This document shows positions 23,064 through 35,979 of a stretch of 53,129 nucleotides of DNA, one piece after another. The position numbers were made by a program, and so were the translations under genes. Source of the stretch: Octopus sinensis (Eukaryota); NCBI RefSeq assembly GCF_006345805.1, contig NW_021833889.1, positions 1 to 53,129 on the forward strand, written 5' to 3'. Position 1 is the first letter of the stretch. Each line of letters starts with the position of its first letter. The notes beneath the pieces were generated by a model. That model saw only the letters and a list, made by a program, of their open reading frames with translations, was not told the origin of the DNA and ran no database searches.

Positions 23064-23436
23064 CTATACACATATAAATATATAATATTTATACACAAAA
23101 ATTGTGTTTTGTGCAAACATGTAAACTTCCCTTTGCAAGTGAATATATATAACTACACCACGACGTATAGACAGTATAAACACGTAAATACGTGTATATC
23201 ATATATACATACAGACGCATAAACATATAAATATATAAATAAAAATAAACATATAAATATGTGTACATGCATAAATGTACTCCTGTATATGACTTCCTCT
23301 TTCCAGCTACATATGTGTGTATATATAAACGTATGTGCCTATATATATATATATTTATATATGTAGATATATGAATGTATGAATGTATGTATGTAATATA
23401 TATATACATATATGTATGTATATGTATATATATATA

Positions 23437-23483
<47 letters not shown>

Positions 23484-24188
23484 GCATATATATATATATG
23501 TATGTATATGTACGAATGTATGTATGTATGTATATATATATATGTATTTATGTATACATTTATAACGAATATATAACTTTAAGTATGGGGGTATGCATAT
23601 GCGTGCGCGTGTGTATGCATGCATGTGTGTGTGTGTGTGTGTGTGTGTGCTCACCCGCGTGTTTTGGCTGTTAACTCAAGGTAGGAACAAAACTAAACAG
23701 AATTTAATTCGACGAAGAATATATACCTTTTTCTTAGTACATTAACATGCATACATATGTGCGTGGAGGATGGGGGGGGGGTTGTGTTACGGGTGAATGT
23801 GTCTGTAGACATACATAAGCGTATGTATATGTATACTTGTAAATAATTATACGTAAATGCATGCACACACACACACACACATACATACAAACATATGTAT
23901 ACATATCTATCTGCATGTGGATATATGTACATTCATATATATACAATATATATGTGCATGCTTGCAAACATATACATATATGCGAGCGTATATATATATA
24001 TATGTACGTATGTATGTATGTATGTATGTATGTATGTATGTGTTTATATACATACATATGTGGGTGTGTGTGTGTGTGTGTGTATACATATATGTGTGTA
24101 TATTCAACGTCATGTATCTTGCTAGTGTATGATTTTTTTTTGTATCGCTGTTTTCCTCTTTATAGTCGTTTATTCTACGCACGGTATG

Positions 24189-24230
<42 letters not shown>
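22995..24230. repeat. (TA)n/(TATG)n/(TG)n microsatellite field
   Basis: Directly visible, with short unique interruptions. Confidence 0.85.
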
Positions 24231-24234
<4 letters not shown>

Positions 24235-24673
24235 CTCGTTCCTGCACACAAATGTATACATACGTCTGAGTTTGACTATCAATAATATATAATTAACATA
24301 ATCGCTAGTTTTCCCATAATCACTGTGTTTAAATCACTATAAGATGGTCGTTTAATAAACAGCTAAAAACAAAAGTATGGAACAACACAACACAAATATA
24401 TTTAGTCTCTCTCTGTTTTATCTTTTCTTTAACTTCTTCATCTTCGATCTTCGATTCTATCTTCTGTTCGCTAATTCCATAAAGAATGTTGCTTCTTTGC
24501 CAGTCACAAAAATGTCGGTGTAGTTGAAGTGAGGTGTGTGTTAGTGTTTTGAAGTGAACAGCTGTATTATAGGTCGGAACCTGGTTTTTGCGATGGGGTT
24601 TCAACGACACCTGTTTTTAGAAGTTAATTTATTTAGACTCGTTTTCTATGTTTTTGTAATGTGTGTGTGTGTA

Positions 24674-24719
<46 letters not shown>

Positions 24720-24822
24720 TGTGTGTGTGTGTGTGTGCGTATAGTTTAGTGTTCAGTTAAGGTTAGATCAAGAAAAAATAGTACTTATTCCAGTGAACGT
24801 TAAGTATACTGTGTACATTAAA

Positions 24823-24866
<44 letters not shown>

Positions 24867-25068
24867 ATATACATATGTATTTATGTATCTGTGTGTGTGT
24901 ACGTATGTATGTTTGTATATGTATGTATGTGTGTGTGCGTATGTGCATGTGAGTGAATGTGTTTATTGGTTGCTTGATAGAAAATAAATAGATAGATCAG
25001 CAGACAGATAGACAAACAGACAGGTATAAAGACATAGTACGCACAAATATACACACACACACACACAC

Positions 25069-25118
<50 letters not shown>

Positions 25119-25926
25119 TATATAGATATGGACATATATATATGGTGGTCCAATAAACACCCTCCTCACCAAGCAAACTTGGTGGGGTTGCCGGTTTAGT
25201 CGACGACGACCCGACCATGGAACAGGTTGTACTGGGTTACATGTTACCAGTAGCACTCGCAAGTGACCTGACATAAACATATATGTATACAGTCATACAT
25301 ACGTTCATAGATATTTTCCTATCGGTGGTAGAATGAGTCACCCCAGCATCTCTAAACAGATTTTTCCTTTCTTGCTATCACGGGGTCGGCTTGAACTTGA
25401 ATCTTCAAATAACTCGCAGTCTTGCTCCAAAGGTGAACAGAGTTCAAAAGTACCCATTTTCTCTGAGCTAACTGTATATCAAGCGCTGAAATGCGTCGAG
25501 GGCTTTCATTACAATATGGCGTCAATGTTTTGCCGCTCAGGTAACTTATCACGTAACCGTATCATAATCCCTACGTTTGTTGGGGTCTAGATACACTATA
25601 AAAAACAACAGTGAAGTATTTTTTTCAAATCTTTTGACAGATGTGAGACAAACTTTCACGGGATAGCTCATAAATTAATCTCTACTACATATGACATTGC
25701 CATAAAAGTATTTTATTTCTGTTGGAAACGCCAGCATTAGTCCAAGGAGATATAACAATATAGATTTATAGTGGATAATGGTGGATTCGATCATACCGAA
25801 ATATTTTCAACGTTGAAGTGAGGTACGGGACTGACGTTGAGATGAAATTAACCAAATTAGAGCGTCTGCTCTGTCGCTCCTCGTCAAACAAACGGAGCCC
25901 ACCAAATAGAATATATTGGGTAGAAC

Positions 25927-26185
25927 CATAGTTTTCAACCATTTTTTGCCCATGGAGCCCTTTGATTCCTTTCTTACTCGGGTGGGGTTCCATATCTATT
26001 CGATATATTAAAAAGCCTCTTATATCTTTATAATGAAATATTACGAATTGTATTAAAAAATATACAAATAATTTGTGTATTGTTGAAGTAAAAGCAATTT
26101 ATTGCACACAAATTTTAACAACAATTTTTTATGTGGACCACCCCAAGTGCCATATGGACCCTACATGGACACCATTGGGTTACAA
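25927..26185 (+). mobile_element. hAT-type MITE (degenerate)
   Basis: CATAGTTTTCAACCATTTTTTGCCCATGGAGCCC…GTGGACCACCCC…CATATGGACCC; the right end is complementary to the terminus type at 17274. Confidence 0.55.
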
Positions 26186-26997
26186 GGTTCACTTTCTGTT
26201 AAACCCCCTCTAAACTGCTGGTTCCATCTGTCATGGCTGATTACATCTTGATTTTACCGTAGCTGGATGATTATCGAGTTTGGTTAGGGTAAGGGTTAGG
26301 GTTAGATGTCTCCTCACATCTCATCACGTTCTCATACTTCAAGTCCTTGCTCAAACGAAAACCCAAACTGAGCTTCTAATATATGAAATACTCTAGATTC
26401 TAGCAGTCTTCTTGTCTTGAAAGTGCAGTCGTTGATATATAATCATTTGTATTTTATCTTCTTCAAACGGCGGCAACCGAAATGTTCCCTAGAATTTTGT
26501 GTTAGGATTCTGTCCCCCATTACCTGTGTTAGATTCACAATTTCCTGTTGCGTATTTTCTCAGCCATCAGCATCAATGTAGGTGAGAAGTCTCCAAAATC
26601 TGATATGGTGTCTGCTTTTCTGATATTGTCTAATGTTCAGCACCATAGCAATAGCCAACAAAACCTACTCTGCGTTGCGTAGTTGTTACGTATTGTTGTG
26701 TGTAGGGCAAACTTTGAGACGAGTTCACCTTGAGGCTTATCTCTCTGCCGTTATTTAAGAGGGAAGAATTGAAAGTGTTCGTTTGATAGATGGATAGATA
26801 GATAGATAGAGAGAGAGACAGACAGACAGAGAGACAGATACATACATACATATATGTGTATATGCAAAACATTTCAACTTAACCCGGTGTTTCCACCTTT
26901 AGAAATAGGTTGTTACATCCTTGCTACTTGTGTGAATTTTTGCTACCCTGTTATCTGTTTATTTTTTCCCTGTTATTTATAAACCCTGAAAACACGC

Positions 26998-27047
<50 letters not shown>

Positions 27048-27277
27048 TATATATATATGTATGTATGTATGTATTAAAAAATATACAATTGTCACTAATT
27101 GACTAATCGTGACTGACGGTACAGGGTAGCACCTACATTGCTAGAAGTAAGAGCTAAACGCCATTAGGTCCGCAAAGAAGCACATGCTTCCCACGGTGTG
27201 CAAGATCATTATACTAGTTTAATTTCATTTTCAGTTAAAAGCTCCTCAGTGATGACTACGCCATCGATGGATGGTTT

Positions 27278-27555
27278 GTCCCGTCTGATTATCACTTATT
27301 CCCCAGTTTTTAAAATCATTTGGACAGGAAAAATATGAATTCTGTAGACGATGTCAGAAGAGTACTGGAGGAGTATTTTTTCATCACGGTCAAGTGAATT
27401 TTGGAAGAGGAGCCTTGAAAGTCTACCAGATAGATGGAAGAGCATTGTAGAAAATGAAGGAGAGTATATTTAAAATCAAAAAAAGAACTTTGTTTATCTT
27501 AATTTTGAAAAATAAAAGGAGTATAAAAACCTGCATTATTCATGGGATGATCCAA
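27278..27555 (+). mobile_element. Mariner (DD34D) 3' fragment with TIR
   Basis: PSDYHLFPSF*NHLD…FWKRSLESLPDRWKSIVENEGEYI*; ends …GGGATGATCCAA|TA. Confidence 0.85.
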
Positions 27556-28399
27556 TACACGCCCACACACACACACAATACATACACAAACGCGCGAGCG
27601 CATATACACGCAATTTTGTAAAATGAGCAAGTGATCATCTTTTGGTCATCTTTTTTTTACTTCTTCAAATACCAATTAAAGAGGGAGGCGAGGTAGAGAG
27701 ATAGAAGTGTTTTGAATTTCCCCCTAAAATTTGCTGCAAAATGCGTTTACTTTAAGCTTGCACCTATAGCCCAGCGTAGGCAGTTGGTACAGAGGACTTT
27801 CCATCGGCATTATGGTTAATCCGGGACCTGTGAAGTTCCTTGCTTTCCTCCCGCCCTCCCTCCCACTCAGTAGTTATCCTCTTGTTGGGATGTTACCACT
27901 ACTTTCTCACTGCTGCTTTACGTTAATTTTTCTTTGTAACTAAATCTGTCTAGAACCGTTTTTTTAAAGACTTTCTGTAGAGCTTCTGAATCTGCTACTC
28001 GTGAGGCAAATATCAAACTTTATTATTATTATTATTACAAGTTCATAATTGGTACAACCGACGTAAGTAACTTAAAACTGCTTTTCTTCTTCAGCTTTTT
28101 GTTTATTGAAAAGACATCCAACAAATACGAAAGGATACTGGAATCAATATTATCTGGCTGACACTGGATTAAACTTATAATTTACAGAAATATTTTTACT
28201 GATTTGAATATGTTTTCTGTAGTTAAAATCTTTAACAATAAAAGAAACATAAGAACCACAATTTGATTTTAAAAATATATCAAAATTAGAATTTTTAAGA
28301 ATTTTCTAGACAGTATAGTCTTTAATAATCGCTTTATTTTAATAAAAGTTATATATTCCCAACTAATAAGCAACTTCTTTCATTAGCATCGATAAAGCT

Positions 28400-28725
28400 G
28401 TTACATGCTACTTATGTTAGCAGTGAGGTTGTCTTCAGGTATGGTGACAACAAGTCTTCTCATTTCTCTCAAGAATTTTTCTTGGGATTCTTCCCGAATA
28501 CACGATCGCACTTTTCTGAAGATCAACAGTGGGAATCGCAATTCCAATATTTTTCATTTTCTTTAGCAGCAGTTTGGATTTTGTGCCAAGCGCACAGGAA
28601 TAGGTGTCACCTTAGTCTGACACAATCTCTTCATCTCTCTGGTTTGGTTCTGATATTTCTCAATGCTCATCAGTTTATTTGGAATCAACTTTATCATATC
28701 GTATTGCAAAGTCCATGACCTTACT
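28400..28725 (-). mobile_element. R4/Dong-like non-LTR retrotransposon, REL endonuclease C-terminus (older copy)
   Basis: MDFAI…IEKYQNQTREMKRLCQTKVTPIP…KNIGIAIPTVDLQKSAIVYSGRIPRKILE; contains frameshifts. Confidence 0.7.
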
Positions 28726-28729
28726 ATTG

Positions 28730-29061
28730 TTGTTGTTGTTGTTCAGAAGTCTTATTTTTATCACGTGCCTTGGGTGTGTAGTGTGGTTTGCTGTGATGCT
28801 CTTATTTTCATTGTATTGAAAGTGTTTTACGTAGGATGTGTGCAGTGCCTAGTAGTGCTATTTTCTGTATGCTATATATATTTGTTAGTCCTGGTGTTTT
28901 TATGTATTTGTCTGAATACTTTTTTATCACACCTAATGTGCCAACTATGATAGGAATTGTTTCTGTTTTTAGGCTCCACATTCGAGTTACCACTATTTCT
29001 ATCTTTGTATTTTGAAAGTTTCTCCATTACTTTTAGAGAGACATTGTCATCTGTTGGTATC
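28730..29061 (-). mobile_element. R4/Dong-like non-LTR retrotransposon 3' end (different subfamily)
   Basis: IPTDDNVSLKVMEKLSKYKD…EVTRMWSLKTETIPIIVGTLGVIKK…IQKIALLGTAHILRKTLSIQ*, followed by a 3' UTR and an (AAC)n tail. Confidence 0.85.
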
Positions 29062-29076
29062 ATTATTATTATGATG

Positions 29077-29150
<74 letters not shown>

Positions 29151-29159
29151 TATTATTAC

Positions 29160-29190
<31 letters not shown>

Positions 29191-29230
29191 TATTATTATT
29201 ATTATTATTATTACTAATACTATTATATTA

Positions 29231-29270
<40 letters not shown>

Positions 29271-29326
29271 ATTACCATTATTATTATTATTATTATTATT
29301 ACTATTACTATTATTATTATTATTTA

Positions 29327-29388
<62 letters not shown>

Positions 29389-29491
29389 GACGGCCAGCTA
29401 TTACGAGTTCGATGTAATCGACTCATCCCCACCTTCCCCAAGCTGACCTGGTGGCAAAAATTTGAAATTATAATAATAATTATTATTATTG

Positions 29492-29525
<34 letters not shown>

Positions 29526-29603
29526 TACTACTACTACTACTACTACTACTATCATTATTATTATCATTATTATTACTGTTACTACAATAATTTTGCTATT
29601 ATA

Positions 29604-29657
<54 letters not shown>

Positions 29658-29680
29658 GTCATTATCATTATTATTATTGC
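29062..29680. repeat. (ATT)n array of ~620 bp, with a deleted family-A SINE at 29386-29468
   Basis: Directly visible. Confidence 0.95.
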
Positions 29681-29694
29681 TATTGCTCTTCATA

Positions 29695-29800
29695 CTTCCA
29701 GGATCTCGATAAATGAAAACCAGTCAAGTTCCAGGATCGATTCTATCAATTAACCTTTCTCTTCCTCAAAATTTGCTGGCCTTGTGCCGAAAATAGAAAG
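29695..29800 (+). mobile_element. Family-A SINE, 3' half
   Basis: …cctcaaaatttgctggccttgtgccgaaaatagaaagaatt tail. Confidence 0.6.
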
Positions 29801-30869
29801 AATTGCTATTATCGTTATTTTGTTGTTGTTGTTTTTGTTGTTGTTATTGTTGCGGTTGTTCTTCTTGCTGTTATCGTTGTCATCACCACCACTACCACGA
29901 TCCTCCTCTTCCTACTCGTCATCATCCTCTTTGTTTTAATCGTAAGGTCTTGTCCGTAGATTGTAGATTTGTTTATTTTTCATGTTTGCTTGTTAGAATT
30001 TCAAGATTTCTGAACACATACATACATTCATACATATGTATACATATACAAATAGTATATATATATCTATATATATATTATATATATATATATGCAATAC
30101 ATGTATATATCTATATACACATACACATACATATATATATATATTATTTATACATCTATATATATATATATATATATTTATAATATATATTTATAATATA
30201 TATATATCTTATTTATATAATATATAATTTATTTATACATACATAGATAGTATACATTTATATATTCTTTATACATATATATTAATTTATACATACATAT
30301 ATATTTTTTATATATATATATATATATATAAATAACATATATATATATAAAAATACATATTATATATATATATATATGCAGCTATTGCTATTGTTGTCGC
30401 TGTTTGTAGTGGTGGTGTTCAAGTTATTAATACTATTGTTGTTGTTGTTGTCGTTGAGGCTATCGATGGTGTTGTTCTTGGTGTTTCCAGTATGCATTTT
30501 TTTTGTATTGTACTTGTGTTTGTGTGATAGTGTCGTTTTTTGTTTTTGTTCTTTTTTTCTTACTTTTTTTATTCCTTTTCTTTCCCCCCGTTTTTAGATT
30601 TTGTTTTCATTTCGTCTTCATTTGTAATTCATAGGCAATTTCATCGTTGTGATCTTCGCAAATGATTGCACCCAGGGGCGTAAGGAGGGAGAAGGAAGAG
30701 GAGGAAGAAAGGAGGAAGAAGAAGAGGAGGTGGAGGAGATTGGGTAGCGACGGCGTCGTTAGTGGTGGTGGTGGCGGCAGTGGCGGTGGCGGCTTGTCTG
30801 GATATTTACAATGCATTTAGATATCTGTTAGAAAGAAATCGCATGCAAGGAAGGTGGAGAGTAAAAGAA

Positions 30870-30883
30870 GCGCCCTCTGGTGG
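30870..30883 (-). promoter_or_regulatory. Consensus CTCF-like core motif
   Basis: Minus strand reads CCACCAGAGGGCGC. Confidence 0.5.
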
Positions 30884-30986
30884 TGTGTGTGTGGGGGGGC
30901 CACTAAACAAAACAAGCAGAACGCAGTAAAAGACTCCGGAGTGAGAGAGGCGTAAGGAGAGGAGGCACGGTGGGAGGTGGTTGAGT

Positions 30987-31022
<36 letters not shown>

Positions 31023-31742
31023 GTGGTGATGGTGGTGGTGGTGGTGGTGGTGGGTGGTGGTAGACACTGTTAAAAGCAGTGAGGGAGAAAAACGGGATTT
31101 TGAATTTCTTTATTTTAATTTATTTATTTGTTTATTTTGCGGCAGGCCAGTGAGAGGAAGGGGACGAGGAGAGGGGAGAAGGGGAAGAGAGGTGGTGGTG
31201 GTGGGTGATCTGAAGGTCGATACCCCCCACAGCTGTGTTGTACAAAACGGTGGGGGGAGTTCCGAAGTTGCGTGATTGGTTTGGCTGCAGTTACAGTGAG
31301 TGAGAGAGTAGGAGAACAACACAACAACAACAACAACAACAACAGCAACAACAACAACAAGAAGAGTGCCAGAGAGACGGGGAGTGATTTAAGGGTTGTA
31401 AATACAAAGAATTAGGATGCAGTGGACCAATATTGAAGATTCGAAGATTCGAAGACGATGAGAGGAGATGAGGCGGGAATAGAAGGTGAGGGACGGACCT
31501 CGTAGAGTAGTGTACATAAACACACACACACACACAACATATATATATGTGTTGTGTGTGGGTGTATATATATATATAATATAGATATATATATATTATA
31601 TAATATGTATGTATACGTACGTATATATGACATAGATATATGTAGTATATTGTATTATACATACATATTTTATAATATAATATATATCTATACGATTTAC
31701 ATTTTTACATACATACATAATGATTTCATAAATATGAGTGTG

Positions 31743-32031
<289 letters not shown>

Positions 32032-32589
32032 GAGTGTATATTACGTGTCTGTGTGCGGGTGTGTCATCATAACAATAAAATAAATGATGACGATGACGAT
32101 TAGGAACAGAAGGATGACAGGACGAGGAGGAGGTGGAGGGATCACATCACTGTTGTTATCATCATCATTATCATCATCATCGTCATGATCATTATCGTCG
32201 TCGTCGTCGTATCATTGTCGTCATCATCATAACTATCAGTGAGAAATAGAGCAGTTCCCAATGCTAGAAACAGCAGTTAAAACTCCCTCAGACCACACTC
32301 AGATTCCTTAAACATTGACGGAAACTATGCGCAATATCTGATTAAAAGATTCGGTGGTCACAGCTTGAAACATCTTGGTCAGAATATGTGTTTGCTCAAT
32401 AACCAGCCGAGGGCTAAACGGTCACATTATTATTGTTACTTCTGTCGTCTCAACATCCTATTCAAACTTTTCCTCCAACCCTTCCTCTTCCGCTAACTGC
32501 TACTCATTCGTGCCCCCCCCCTATCCTCATACTCATCATCATCATCGTCTGACAGTGAACATTTATAAGTGAACAACGGACATCTTCCA

Positions 32590-32642
32590 GCTTAGACACT
32601 TCTTCATAAACTATATATATATATATATATATACATATATAT

Positions 32643-32683
<41 letters not shown>

Positions 32684-32962
32684 CACATATATACATATAT
32701 ATATAAATATATATAAATACATATATATACACACATATGTATATGCATATATATGTATATATATATGTGTGTGTGTATATATATATATGTATGTATATAT
32801 GTTGTATATATGTATATATATATATACATATATATAAGTATATAAATACATATGTATATAAATATATATGCATATATGTATGTATATGTATGGATATATG
32901 TAAACATACACACGCACACACATGCATAAATACATGTATATAAATAGGATAAATTATGTATG

Positions 32963-33027
<65 letters not shown>
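32590..33027. repeat. (TA)n/(CA)n microsatellite
   Basis: Directly visible. Confidence 0.9.
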
Positions 33028-33029
<2 letters not shown>

Positions 33030-33224
33030 GCGCACAGATTCATGCACAACATTGAATGCTTCTCTGAACAAAGAAAACAGCAAAAATACGTAACGAACGG
33101 GAAAAAATAACTAAGTGAACATGTCGGATGTAGTTCCGGTTCTGCATAGAGAGACCGGAAGTTAACTTCGTGGACAGCGTGTGTGTGTGTGTGTTGTGTG
33201 TGTGTGTGTTTAGGCTGGAAAGAG

Positions 33225-33421
33225 GTGAAGAGAAAGGGATTTACTGCTGGAGTATTTAGAGAGACAATGGAGGAAAAGAAGGGTGGGGGAGAGGAGAGAG
33301 AGAAAAGGGAGTGGGGAGAAGGATGAGGAAGATGTATGGATTAACTAATATCTGGAACAAAGAGAGGATCGAGTGAGAGAAGATGAGAGAGAGAGAGTGA
33401 GAGAGGGGGCTAATAATCAGA

Positions 33422-33458
<37 letters not shown>

Positions 33459-33704
33459 GGAGGGAGACAGGTAAGCCAGAAAAAAAGGAAGAAAAGGAAG
33501 AAAGGAGTAAAGGAAGAATCGCCAAAATTGAAGAAAAATAGGGAGGAGGAGGAGGAAGAGGAGGATAGAGGAACAGAGGATGATGATAACCATGATCATG
33601 ATGAAGTAGATGAAAAAGAAGAAAAAAAACAAAGAAGAGGAGAAGGATAGAAGATGGAGATGATGATCTAGAAGAAGAAGAAGAAGGAGAATGAGAAGAA
33701 GAAG

Positions 33705-33736
<32 letters not shown>

Positions 33737-33900
33737 GAAGAAGAATGAGAAGAAGAAGAAGAATGAGAAGAAGAAGAAGAAGAAGAAGAAGAAGAAGAAG
33801 AAGAAGAAGAAGAAGAAGAAGAATGAGAAGAAGAAGAAGAAGAAGAAGAGAAGTGCTTCACGGCATTGGGTAGAGGAGGGAAAGAGAGAGAGAAAGAGAG
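33225..33900. repeat. Purine tract with (GA)n and (GAA)n
   Basis: (GAA)n at 33670-33847 with GAATGA interruptions. Confidence 0.92.
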
Positions 33901-34591
33901 GATCATAAGCATGATTATGAAGAGGTTTGTTTTGTAGCCTATGGGATTGTAGATGACGGCTGTAGAGAGTGTCAAGAGGCACCGCGGGTTGGCTTTCTCT
34001 GGAACAGAGTAGGCGTTTTAGGGATTTGCAGGGAGCTGTTTGGATGTTGAGAGAAAGGAAAGGGCGCGTCGGTGGTGAAGGATGACACGAAATATGCGGC
34101 ACAGAAGCACTGCAGTGTTTTGTCTATTTATATATAAACAGTCGGCTACCGTTGTTTTTGCATCAAGATCAGTGCGCTATTTCCTGCAGAAGATTCGCCT
34201 GAAACCCAGACAATTGAAGAAAGCCATCAAGGAAATAGACACGGCAGCTGAAACTAGCTCGACATGGCTGTGGATGATGAAAGACCACAAGTGGAACTCT
34301 TCCGAAGGTGAAAACCAGCTCAGTCCTCGCTTCCCAACTCTGATGAAGCGTACAGTCTAAGGGACGAAATACTTGTGACCTTGAGACATCTCCTGACGAC
34401 ACGGAACAGTTTCCAGCGTTGCGATGCATTTAGAAGCGATTGCAACACCTCTGAGAAGCTCTTGCAGATTCTGCGTGGAGCAAAGCTTCTTTGGTGTTTG
34501 TATCACTTGTGATGTCTGTGGATACATGTGTGTGTATGTATGAATGGTTGGGCGTATTTGTAGTTTGTATTTTTTAATCGTTTCAACCATC

Positions 34592-34710
34592 GGAGTGCGG
34601 CCATGCTGGTTGCTTTAGTCAAAGAAACCAGCCCTAACACATTTTTTAAAAAAAAGTCTTGTACTTATACTATCCGTGCTTATTGCCGAACCGCTAGGCT
34701 TTACAAACTA
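34592..34710 (-). mobile_element. Degenerate family-B SINE tail
   Basis: tgcggccatgctgg…tgccgaaccgctag. Confidence 0.6.
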
Positions 34711-34810
34711 ACTGGAAGATATATACACTTACATAAGAAATATATATTCCTTCATATATCTTGTATACACACATACACATTTCTTTCTGTCTTTCACAAT
34801 CGGTGTGTGT

Positions 34811-34852
<42 letters not shown>

Positions 34853-34953
34853 TGTGTGTGTGTGTGTGTGTTTGTGTTTATATATATATATGTATATATA
34901 TATATATAGATATATTTATGTATGTATATGAATGTATGTAGTATGTATATATG

Positions 34954-34987
<34 letters not shown>

Positions 34988-35030
34988 CAAACACACACAA
35001 ATATACACACACATATATATACATACATAT

Positions 35031-35114
<84 letters not shown>

Positions 35115-35505
35115 TAAATGAAAGACGGAAGATGGAATATACGAGAATGTTTATTAATCACGACAATTGTTTCGATTGACACATCTAGCATCGACCCCTC
35201 ACTTGTGGGACACTTAACTGGTTCGGTCGACTCCAGCATCGGGACCAACTTCGTGCAAGCATCAAGGCACGTTGGCAAAACACCGCTCCTCTAAATTAAA
35301 ACCTTAGGTGTCATTATGGTTTTGCCGCGCGAAGAGAAACAGGTGTTGGCCATTGACTGAAGAAAACACTAGTAAATGATCACCAAGTCCTCAACTTATT
35401 TCTATTTGTCAAAAGGTTTGCAAAGCACCAGCAATCCTCAGGAGACACGTTCGTGTCCATATCACGTGATTATCGCTTTCATCCAATGAACCCTGATTTG
35501 TCGTT

Positions 35506-35910
35506 AGTGGCTGTGTGGTAAGCAGCTTGCTTCCCAAGCACATGGTTCCGGGTTTAGTCCCACTGCGTGGCACCTTGGGTAACTGTCTTCTACTATAGCC
35601 TCGGACCGACCAAGGCCTTGTGAGTGGATTTGGTAGACGGAAATTGAAAGAAGCCCATCATATATATACATACACATACGTATGTCTGTGCATATGTTTG
35701 TGTGTGTGTGTTTATCTCCCAAACATCGCTTGGCAACCGATGGTGGTGTGTTTACGTCCCCGTAACCTAGCAGTTCGGCAAAAGGGACCGCTAGAATAAG
35801 TACTAGGCTTACAAAGAATAACTTCTGGGGTCGATTTCCTCGTCTAAAAAAGGCAGTGCTCCAGCATGGCCGCAGTCAAATGACTGAAACAAGTAAAAGA
35901 GTAGAAGAGT
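35506..35910 (+). mobile_element. Full-length tRNA-derived SINE, family B
   Basis: A-box-like TGGCTGTGTGG, B-box-like GGTTTAGTCCC, internal microsatellite, tail GAAACAAGTAAAAGAGT. Confidence 0.9.
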
Positions 35911-35979
35911 ATATATATATATACATCCATCTATCTTTCCATTCATCCATCCCTCCATCCATCCATTCCTCCATCTATC

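Noticed and set aside
25142-25275. GC-rich block resembling a LINE 5' region
   Set aside because: No second copy or diagnostic motif in the window, so it cannot be classified
34340-34379. CTGATGA…GGGACGAAATACTTGTG
   Set aside because: Stem II is not adjacent to the core, position 17 is G, and there is no stem I
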